Below, in pieces: positions 15,401 to 25,785 of a stretch of 64,000 nt of DNA. Within the stretch, counting starts at the first letter, position 1. Each line of letters starts with the position of its first letter. The position numbers and the translations under genes were made by a program. This DNA is from Oikopleura dioica. Lineage: Eukaryota; Animalia; Chordata. The notes under the pieces were generated by a model. It was not told where the DNA came from. It did no database searches and saw only the letters and a program-made list of their open reading frames with translations. The stretch covers positions 13,578,001-13,642,000 of the forward strand of contig OU015568.1 in assembly GCA_907165135.1 (NCBI GenBank). Reading direction: 5' to 3'.

Positions 15401-16970
15401 TGAGACTTCTTGCCAAGGCAGAATTCGCGGAATGTCCAGCAAGCATCGAAAACGCCTAAGAAACCTTTTCCAATGCCCGTTCCAGTCGGCCAGAAAGGAT
15501 TGATCAAAGAGTCGCCAACAAGCAGTCCGAGAACATCTCGCCCGCGACATCTCCTGATAATTGCCGCATATTTTGAATGGTACCGGGAAGTAAAATCGAA
15601 AATAGAGACGTCTGGATTGCCACGAGAGTTGGTTTCGAATTCGAAAATATCCTTGAGTTTGTAGTTTGTGGCGAAATTTGCTGCGTCCAGCGCGTAATTC
15701 TGAAGCTGATTGGGGTCGATGTTCGATCGACTTAGGAGCGTTTCCGAGTTGTCTGAGTGGTTCAAGAGCACGCCTCGCTCATACAATGACTTCGCCCGCG
15801 CAGTCATCACAAAATAGTGCGTCTCGTCCTTGTAGTAAACGATGTTTTCCAAGTCGATCCCAGTAGTATTCCGAAGCTGCTTGAAGAAATGCTGCTTGTA
15901 AATCGACGCGACGCCTGAGATTTCTTCAACGCGCGCTTCTTGCGCCGAATTGAAGTTCTTAAAGTTGACAGTGATTCCAATCGCGAGGAGGCCGCGAAAT
16001 TCTTTTCGGGCTAAATCTGGGGACAGGATTGAAGAAGTCCCCGCTGATCCACCAGTCGAGTCTACAATTGTATCCCATCGTACAGCTGAGATTTCTTTAG
16101 AGAGGGTTAACAGAAGAAACACTATCAATTTTGTTATAACAAAATTGGACCTGTAGAAAGGTTAGACCTTTCTGGAGCGCGTGACCTGACAGGCTGTCAT
16201 TGCCGGTCTTTCACCTCGAAAAAACGCGGGCAATTATGGTTAATAAATTAGTCAACCCGCTCCTGGATCGTGTGGTCTAAGTCTTACAGTCCAATTTCCA
16301 CCCGCATCCTTCGCAACTTCATCGCAAAACACCTCCCTTGTGAATTTGACTCCAAGAAGCAGTGCCACCTTGCACAAGATGAGCTGCAATCGTCTGATTG
16401 GCACGTGATCAATGGCGCCAGAGCAGAATTTCCCAAAGAATGACTTGGCTCCCAGTGCTTTCAGATCAGCAATGCAAAAGGGCCATAAATGTAGAATGTT
16501 GTTGCGTGAGAATTCTTTCCTAGAGTCGACCACGTGAACTTGAGCGCCTAAGAAGGCCATTTCTATGGCAGTACGGAGGCCACATGGCCCGGCTCCGATG
16601 ATGAGGCATTTCTTCCCTTCAGCTACCCGTTTCTTGAGTTGAATCGCATCCGCCCGAGTTGGGAAGTAAACGGCGTTCTCTGAGCGCGAGCAGATTTTGT
16701 CCAGCAGCTGCTTCGCTTTCCAAGTTGTGATGGATTTCCTCAGTTTGTACAAAAGCCCGATTCCGTAGAAATTGTCCACATTGACATTAATATCGTAAAG
16801 CAATTCCTCGAATCGCTCGAGCGCTTTCGGAAAATATGTTTGTTTGGGATCAGTGAAATTTGCTTACCTGCCGAGAAACTTTCCGATGCGACGAATGTAT
16901 CAAACGGGTCCAGGGGAACATTCTGAGCGGCCACATTTCTCCCTGGCGTGTAGTTCCCCGAGATCACCAT
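12493..16970 (-). CDS. MICAL: MICAL-family F-actin monooxygenase (monooxygenase + CH + bMERB domains; no LIM seen)
   Basis: [57 protein letters not shown]; CH domain ([17 protein letters not shown]); C-terminal [23 protein letters not shown] and [15 protein letters not shown]. Start codon and last exons are approximate. Confidence 0.93.
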
Positions 16971-19900
16971 TGTTACCTTCAGAAGTACCTCAGCTCCTCA
17001 GCTCTGGAGAAATCAAATCTGTTCCCATTCTGAAAAGAAAAATACATAATTTTTATAAAACATTCCTCTGAGCGCACTTATGCTATTTGCTCTGCTGCAA
17101 ACAGAATTGAGCCTCGCGAAAAGCGCAAATATCTCTAAGCCGTAAATTTCTCAGGAAAGAATAATTATTAGACGCCCGCGTGCCTGTAAAATCGTGATTG
17201 TACTTGCTGTGCTTCTTGTAACTATGAGATAAAAATTCAACAATAGGGGACTCGCGTCTACAGACTGTAGCAGGACGGCAGTACTTGTTCAGTAAATTTG
17301 ATTGTTACAGTGTGCAAATAGTACGATGTTCTCTCGGTATGTAAGCGCTGAAAAAATAATAAGGAGAATTGAGTGATTCAGGGAGGGGATGACTCGTTTT
17401 GGAGGCTCAGTTAATATTTTTAAAGTGGCCGCTTGAGAGAAAGAAAGATGACCGGCAGTTTATCTGGTCACTTGACTTTACTAACAAAACTTTGGAGAAA
17501 CTTCTTCTTTCATAATGTTTGACCATATTAGGCGTGATTTAGGGGAGAAGCAAATTGAATGAATGTTCACTGTTAGTTGAACAAGTCTATTTTTAGAAGT
17601 AAATGACATTTTGAATGAAGACTTAATTTATACACCGGAAATGCGTTAAAGACGACTGTTTTAAAGGCCATTGTGTTACGCAACACACAAAAACATAGTG
17701 TTCGATTCTCCTTTGTGTTCAGTTTCCGAGGGTACATAGAAATAAAGCCAAGAGTCAATGACGACATTCAAATATTTGCATCGTAGGTAGCCCCCTGGTT
17801 TTCATCATTTCACCAAACAGTCCTACAGTCCGTGACCGTTTTCAATTAATTATAACTCCAGTGAAATTTCAGTCAACTTCGATGTCAAATTTACAAGCCA
17901 GGTACTTAGAAAATATTCTTCTGAATGGCCCCGAAATCGATGTAATTCCTGGAGAATGTTCTTTCTTTTCTCGTTCAAAAATTGAAAAGCAACGGTTGTG
18001 TATCATCTCTGATTTGAAATGAACAAAAAATATCATCGGGTGTGGAACATAATCCATTGTTTTATGTTAAAACATTGGAGCAGCTCCAAGCAATTCATCA
18101 GGGAATGTTGTTTGAGTGCACAGCCGAATACGCATGATGCTCATTCAGCCGCCTTCGATCGCCCGTTGAGATGATCCGATAGATTCGCCGGGAGCTCTCT
18201 CTAATGCCCGAAATCACATAAACGGCCTCATGTGAAAAATTTCCTTTTGAGACTTTTCTTAGGCTAAAGTAAAACCCTACTAAAAGTAAAACTGCCCATC
18301 AAGAAAAAGTTGTGCTTTTTGTCAGAACAAGTTGTTCAGAAAAAAGGCCGGAATTCGAACGGGAACAACCCGAAATAACAAAACCATAATGAGCGAAGAT
18401 AATTTGTCAGGCAAATTTAGAACTTCCTCGGACGCTAATTGCTTGCTGCTGGCAGATCTTTTTATGCAGCCAATTTTCATCCCCGCCCAGGTTGACATTT
18501 GAAACCAGATTCATTATGCCGCGAGCTTTTTTTTAAATCTTGTGTCATGGTGAGCCTAGGCCACAAGTTTATTTAAAAAAATCCGACAAGCGGAGACCTA
18601 GAGACCCAGACGCGCAGGACAGACCAAAGAGAGATCGAATTTTTGAAGCAAGAAACCGACAACTTTATGATTTATAACGGTACGTTCTTACTCAAATTCT
18701 GGTTAATGCTTCTCTACTTAGTCTCTTTTCTATGAAAAATAGACAGTTTGAAAGCTCTGTCTATTGTATTTTTTTATTCAATGAGTGGCTTGTAAAGAAT
18801 CCTGCATTTTTATGATAATCGGTTAACGACGTCAACCGGACGTTTTTTTTGTATTCAAGCGTTTTGATTGAATCCTGCTTCCTCGAGTGAGTGATTTGCC
18901 GATGATTCGTAAATTATTGTACGTAACGAATAATGCAAATACAGATTGTTGCTTTTATAGTATTCTTTCGGGGATTCTTTTGAATTCAACGGCTCGAAAT
19001 TTCGGCTTGAGATGTTAATCTGACATTTAACCAGCATAATTTATTCGGGCCAGTTTCAAACATAATTTCGCTGGACATTTATCAATTTTCCTTTCCATTT
19101 CTTTTAGCGTAGAACGTTGATTAATTTTCATAAAGGGCCTTTTTCATTGACGAAATAGAAATCGGTCTATTCGAGAAAATGGAGATTTATTTATTGTTAA
19201 TAACAATAGAAGGGAGATTGAACCAAGCTTCGTTGATTTGAAAACAAGACCGATTTTGACCCAATCGAGTATTTTTATTACTATTTTGCAGCTACTGAAT
19301 TTAAATGAGACGGAATTCGAACCGTGTTGTTTTTGAGAGGGCTGGAGCATAATCTCCATTAGACTGCATTCGCTGCAATAACGCATGGTCGCTGAACCTT
19401 GCTGAAGACAATCTCGCAAACACTAATTCTGAGTGAAAGAGGGTTATCATGCTGCATTTCCAGAATTAAATAAATAATCTTCTGAGACGCCATTTTGTGG
19501 GTGCAAAGCACGCAACTACATGTGGTATTGATTTCCTGTTAAGAGCGGTCAAAAAACCCTTCTTCTCTTCTGCTTTAAAACCCGAGCACGGTGAAACAGA
19601 AAGAGTTCAGAAAGAAAAAAGAACGGCGCTTTTTCATTTTTTTCTCTAGAAAAAAAGTTTATGTCCGGTCTAAATTCGCAAAAAGCCCTTCATTCTCGAG
19701 TAATCAAAGCAAACAACAGGTAATTGAGAAACTGCTATCGAGTATATTTTCGGTCAAACGACAAACCAAGCCTTATTTAAACAATTTGTTAAATAAGACA
19801 GTAGTATGTTTCTAAACAATTTTTTTCATTATTTACGAAGTAAAAAACAACCCCTGAAAGCATTAATTCAAGCGTAAAATTAAAGTAAAACTATTTGTAA

Positions 19901-20192
19901 AAAGGACATTACAACATTTACACACAGAACAAAGGGTGTCAATCATGATTTCTGGTAAAAATTAAAGTTCAAATGATGAACTTTATCGAATTAAAACCTC
20001 GCCCCTATTTAATAATTTCAGCGGTCACTACCTTCCTGGCAGTTATTAAATTATGAATCGGGGCTCTTCAATGAAGAGTTAATTTTGTACAGGGGCGAAG
20101 GCATCTGATAATAAATAATTAAGTATCAGAAAACATGAGTGCTTTAGAGGAAGTCTACTTTGGAACTTATTCTTCGGTCACTATATTTTCTG

Positions 20193-20722
20193 GGGTACGC
20201 GTTTTTTCTGGCATTTTTAAGAAAAGCGTCTTTTCTGGCATTGCGTTCTTTCTGGCAGTCGCGTCTTTTCTGGCACTGAAGTCTGATTCATTTAACTTTG
20301 ATATCAAGTAGGGTCCACCAAACCTAATAAGCTGATATGAATAACAGAAAATCTTTACCTTCAATAGCAACTTGCCACTGGGAAAACTTATTTATTTGAT
20401 TTAGAAGTTCTTATCATCAAAGAAAATAGTGCTGATAATTTACAAAATTTGAAAGAATTTTAGCATATATTATGATGATCTCATAATTTTTATTCCATTC
20501 TAGTGAAAAGAAATTTGTCCTCTCAATCATATTCAAAACTACGGCCTCTTCTTCTTGAAGATAATTTCAGAAGGAAATAACAGTTAATTAGATTTGGTAG
20601 ACCCTACTTGATATCAGAATTCAATGAATCAGACTTCAGTGCCAGAAAAGACGCGACTGCCAGAAAGAACGCGATGCCAGAAAAGACGCTTTTCTCAAAA
20701 ATGCCAGAAAAAACGCGTACCC
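20193..20722. mobile_element. 530-bp Mutator-like (MULE) MITE with long TIRs and 9-bp TSD
   Basis: TIRs of about 135 bp starting GGGTACGCG (20193..~20328 and ~20587..20722), with internal TTTTCTGGCA subrepeats. Identical TATTTTCTG flanks at 20184..20192 and 20723..20731. Confidence 0.88.
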
Positions 20723-21299
20723 TATTTTCTGGCTATTTTTTGTTGCTGAAATGGCGCTAAATATGCTTACCTCCACTGTCTTACAGTGCGGGCGCTACAT
20801 TAGGTACAAAAGACGTGGAATACCGGTATCTGAGTGATCTTGTGAAGCAATTTATGCTTGAAATATAAGAATAATGATTTTATGGAGACATTATTAACTT
20901 GTTCTTGACGATTTTTAATAAGAATAACAAAGATAGTTGACACTTGGCGATCTTCCTTCAGAACTTTAGGTCCTAGTAGATTACCTACTCAAAGATAAGG
21001 TCCTTTGATTGTATCATTTAATTTATATAAATATGCTGACTTTCAACATCGTCAGATTACGAGTATAGACTCAAAAGAGGCTAGTAAAATGTTTCCAAGA
21101 TACTTTTTTAATGACTAGAAGTTTTAACGATCGCCGATCGGCTTCTTTCAATGGAAATATATTTTAAAGATAACTCTTTTCCAAGATTTTAATCGATAAA
21201 GATGCAGTGAATGAAATAAGGAGTTAAATTGAATCAATAGCTTTCTCTTTGACGGTAAATTTCCTCCCATTTCGGGCGGGTATCAAAATCACGCGTGCT

Positions 21300-21500
21300 C
21301 GTATTTTTGAGACTTTTTGACCGCTGGGCTTTGGCTTAGGGAGTCCACGCGGGCGCTGGCTCCACCCTAGGGTCGCCAATGAGCCAATAGCGCCGTCAGC
21401 TTCTTGCGACGGTGGTTCATCGACCGCACCTAGCACCCTCGTCCGAGAGCTGGTGCAAAGCAGAACGAAACGAGAAAGTCTCTCTCCCTCGCGCACAACC
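21300..21500 (+). promoter_or_regulatory. GC-rich putative promoter/enhancer with tandem CCAAT boxes, upstream of the nuclear receptor gene
   Basis: GC-rich patch in AT-rich intergenic DNA; CCAAT at 21376..21380 and 21384..21388. Motif-level evidence only. Confidence 0.3.
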
Positions 21501-22128
21501 CAGACGAGTTACATTTACTTTCATTTTTTCCCTGAGAAATTTTTAACGCGCGAAAGTCAAACAAAGCCAAAATTACAAAGAAAAAAGAGAAAACGACCCG
21601 GAATAGGTATTAAAGTGCTCAAAATTTGTTTAGTAAGCAAATTATAATAAATGATAATTATTTTGCAAGTTTCAGACAGTTTTTATTGAAAAGTAACTAT
21701 AAAATTTTGAAGTTTTCAATGTTGCGCAATTTTCAGTCAGGATCATTAGTTATTGCTGCCCCTTGGTATAATTTTAAATATTTTGACGCCTGAGCTCTTT
21801 CTTTACAAAAGAAATCTAATTTTTCGTTTCTCTACGAAAGTAATAGTGCAAAAATGCTCACCACGCTACTGCCGTGATCGTTAGTCCCCGCGTATCGATC
21901 TACGCGGTTACTTTCTTTCCCAACTTCTTTTACGATCGTTTTAAATATCGCTCCCGCCACCCAAGAAATCGAAAAAATAGACACCAAGTGAAGTCTTCTT
22001 GAGGCACTTCCGCAGTGCATACGTCACTGGGACTACCTTATTTCGTTTTTTTAACGAGCGTAGGAATGAACGCTAATCTACCTAAGCATGAGTTTATGTT
22101 GGCTAATAATATTTTCAGATTCGCGAGA

Positions 22129-24474
22129 ATGAGTACTGGTGGTGCTGCTACGACGCCCAGAAGTATGTTTATATTTCAAACAATCGAAAGTTTCCTAATC
22201 TGGAAAGTATGCTTCGAAGATATCCCTTATTTACTGATAAGAAGAGGGTCATTTGAAGCGCTACTGTTAATTGATCTGATACGACTGTATCTTGAATATA
22301 TCTAAAACAATTATGTTAGAACGAGGGCCAGAGAAAAAGATACAGCCTGGAGAATTGTGTCAAGTCTGCAACGAGCAAGCGACCGGATTCAATTACGGCG
22401 CGCTGACTTGTAATCCGTGCAAAAGCTTCTTCCGGAGAACTGTTTTGGAGAATAACCTCACTCAGGTAACCCTATCTTTCAATCTCAAAATTATTTTTTT
22501 TGAAAAGAAATGCGATCGAGGCGGCTCCTGCTACGGGAAGTTCATCAGACGATGCATCGACTGCCGCCTGGCTAAGGAAAGTTTCAGGAGAAAGATTAAA
22601 AGCCTGCGGGCAATTTTCGTTATAGAGAAATTACATTTCTTCTCCGCCAGTAAATTTCGTATGCAAACTTGATGGCGGACGGGTTACAAACTCTCAAGAA
22701 CGCGCGACAGTTGAATGAAACTTTAATAAGTGTGAGCTTGTGGGCATGAACGCAGATTACATTCGCGATCTGCGAATTCGATCGATAAGAAGGCGAATCC
22801 AGAAGATTCCGACCAACGGTCAAATGATGAAGTTCTCCGAAACATTAGGTAATCGGCCGTTTTCTTGGCCTATTTATCATTCGATCAGGAAGTCGATAAA
22901 TCTGCGTGTAACTGAAGTAAAACACAAATCAAATTAATCTTTAGACCCATTTCAAGAAAATTTTCTGGCGATCCTGGAAGGTTTCTGGATCATTTACAGG
23001 AATAAACAGGCTAATGCTCATGAGGTAGATTATTTTTATGAAATATATTAATGAGAATTCTTCATTCGAAAGTTTCAAAGCTCTAACCGGGAAATTTTTA
23101 GCCATCTCTTGACACAACTGGTGCTGTTCAAAGAACAGCCTACGAAGTCGTCGTTAACTTCGAAAACAAGCTGAGCACCATCAAGCAACCGAATCCCTTT
23201 TTCCACATTGCGCTCGATCGTCTTCACTTCGTCAAGGATGTCATTAACCTTCATGCGTCGATGATGCTGGTCTTTCTCGAAGCGATTCCGTCAATCAGGT
23301 TTATCTCAGTTCAAAAATGCGCTGCACACGTCAGCAGGCTAATTATGATACATGAAAGGGGCTCGTAAAACTGAGTTGATTTAAAACTAGTTGATCTGTG
23401 ACTATCGTTACAGATTGTCATATATTTTAATGATTATTCCTGAAGGGAAAAATTTATATAAAGAAATTTTATTAAGATGGCATCAGCTCCAAGAGGAAAC
23501 AAAGCGCGAGCTTATCACATTCGGAACGATGGAGATACCGCTGATTCGATCTGGCTCCCGTTCGCTGTCCGGTATCCCCCCGAATCGGGTTCAATTCGAG
23601 GGAACCGGCCTCCGCAACTGGGTGATCGAACACATGTTCGCGCTCATTGACGATTTTTCGATGAAACTTCAACCCGATTCGTACGAAACCGCGCTCATCG
23701 CTGCCCTCGCCGCTACTTCGCCTGATAGGGGCATTTCAAGCGCCGTTGATTACAAAATCCTCAGCAACATCCAGGTACAATGTAGTTTAGTGACTCTGAG
23801 TTACGACGATAAAAGATCCTATCTCAAGTGGGCATCCAATGCCACACAGAACCATTAGAACTTCTTATCAGGCCGGAGTTATAAGCCGGTTACGAAACGC
23901 GATAAGCATAATTCCACGCCATAGAAATAGAGTTTTTCAATCGACTTGGACTAGTTCGAATTTGAAATAATGTCATCTGATGACAGCGAACTTTCAAAAA
24001 GAGAAAGCTACTGTCACAGAAGGGATTAAAATGTGACGAAAACTCTTGTAAGAATATTCAATCTCAAGGGTCAATAATTTTTAGCCAAAGAGTATTAAAA
24101 TTTGGTATTCTTACGTCGTTTTCTTCAGCGCGTGAATAACAAATTAAACCTCTTTCGCTGCCTTGTCGATCAAGATATGACTGAGACGTAATATTTTAAC
24201 TGATCTTAGAATTAAAAATTTTAACAAAAATATAATTAACCATATTTCCACCTATAAGTTTGATCGCCATTTTAAAATCTATTTATTAAAGGAAACGATC
24301 CTTGAGATCCTACGTATCAAGCTCCAAATAGACAGGAAGCAGCTAAAAGTACTAGCGTCTTTCGTCGCGTTTCTCCAAAAGCTTAGGGAGTACTCGCACA
24401 ACTCCAGCGATGAATGGTGGAGGTTTATTAGGCACTGGTCACAAAATATACACAACAAAGTAAATTCAAATTAA
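22129..24474 (+). CDS. Nuclear hormone receptor, divergent NR1 type (C4 DNA-binding domain + ligand-binding domain)
   Basis: CQVCNEQATGFNYGALTCNPCKSFFRR; second finger CDRGGSCYGKFIRRCIDCRLAK-CELVGM. LBD-like exons ETALIAALAATSPDRG and QETILEILRIKL...FVAFLQKLREYS (24292..24474). 3' end is uncertain. Confidence 0.9.
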
Positions 24475-24631
24475 GAGCAGTTTATTTTTGACCTGAAAAA
24501 GTCACAAAAAGAAAATCTTCATGGCTAAACAAGAAGAAAAAGAAGTTGTTCGCAGTGGAATGGATTTTGTGGCGCAAGGACGAACGTAGCAGTAAATTCA
24601 TTTCGTGATCGAATAAGTCTTTCGTTGACAT

Positions 24632-25504
24632 TTATTTATTCTCCGAAAAAACACTCTCAAAAGTTGAAGCTCGCGAGAAGTATTCCCAGTTTCTTCTTAC
24701 TGAATCATATTCCACAGTTTCCTTTGTGACAAGATAGACAACATAAACAATCAAGTCCCGACTCAAAGTTAATAATTTTCCAAGTGCTGTATAAAAACCC
24801 ATTTCTGTACCAAAACGTTTTTGACAAAACTCATAAGATCTCTATGAGCAATCTTATAATCTATCGGCAAAGCTCTCTTCTCGCGTGCTTAATTTCTCAG
24901 CTGTAGTTTTCCTTTTTATCTCGTTCCTTGGCAAACCGACGACGCTTGGAGGGATTTTTTCAGTTTGCATTCGATTTCCACCGTTAAAATCAGCAATAAA
25001 CCAAGTTCTAGCAACCTCCCGCGTTCTCAAAACATGTGTACAATTTCTTTTCTATGCCAACTCACTTCTTAAATTAATTTCTTGAAATAAACCTTCTGAA
25101 AAAAATCCGTTCCTTTGGACGAATTTCTCCACTGAAAAGCACGCTAGACAGGAAACAAGGGCAATACCAATGTAGCAAAACATTTGAACACAGAGGAGTA
25201 TTTTGAGAATGTTCGTTTTGCTAAAGAATTCTTTAGATAATTGGTTAAAAATAACTTCTGTTTCATTTACCTTTTCAAGACATGATTGTTCTTTTCCTTC
25301 AAAGTCTCGGGTTCCTCGTTAAATCCGTCGATAGAGTATCTATAAAATAATATTTCTATCTTCTATAATTATCTCGATACAAAACAGTTATTGCAGAAAA
25401 TAATCTATCAAGGATCGGTACCTTACTTACTCGTCATGACTAGTGTGCTTTGGAACAAGGTACCATTGCATCGCAAGTGGACAAGTTACAACTGTTGATA
25501 CCAT
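24632..25504 (-). CDS. Putative multi-exon orphan membrane protein, missed by the ORF track
   Basis: Three consecutive in-phase exons joined by GT-AG introns 25430..25340 and 25270..25221. They include a hydrophobic stretch ILKILLCVQMFCYIGIALVSCLACFSV. A terminal open frame runs RSYEFCQKRFGTEMGFY...SENK*. Confidence 0.42.
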
Positions 25505-25785
25505 CCCTTTTTTATCAGTTGTATCTCAATTTATTACGGAGAATAGTCAATGTTTGTTGAATAGAATTTCTCGAAAAGCAACTTTCCTATGAGCACCAAA
25601 ACCAACGAAATCGCGTTTGTTATACTCTCTGGCACTGGCATTCCTTTTTTTGTGATTTATCTTTTTTGAATAGAACGACAGAGAGAAGTCTTTCTTTTAA
25701 TTTTTGTCCAGGGTTAAGATGGCATTATTACCTTGCGAAAATGAGCTGTCCGTCGAATTTAAATTGCTAATTTCAGACCTCGAGG

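Noticed and set aside
18335-18375. GTTCGAATTCCGGCC followed by a T-run on the minus strand, resembling a tRNA T-loop and Pol III terminator (a similar motif lies near 19310)
   Set aside because: No A-box, D-arm, anticodon arm or acceptor stem can be folded upstream.
19144-19815. ORFs of 91 and 74 aa in the long intergenic region
   Set aside because: Non-ATG starts, low-complexity composition, no splice support and no recognisable motif.
20200-20280. Regularly spaced TTTTCTGGCA repeats resembling a CRISPR array
   Set aside because: Spacers are only about 7-17 nt, the array is mirrored as a TIR with a 9-bp TSD, there are no cas genes and the context is eukaryotic.
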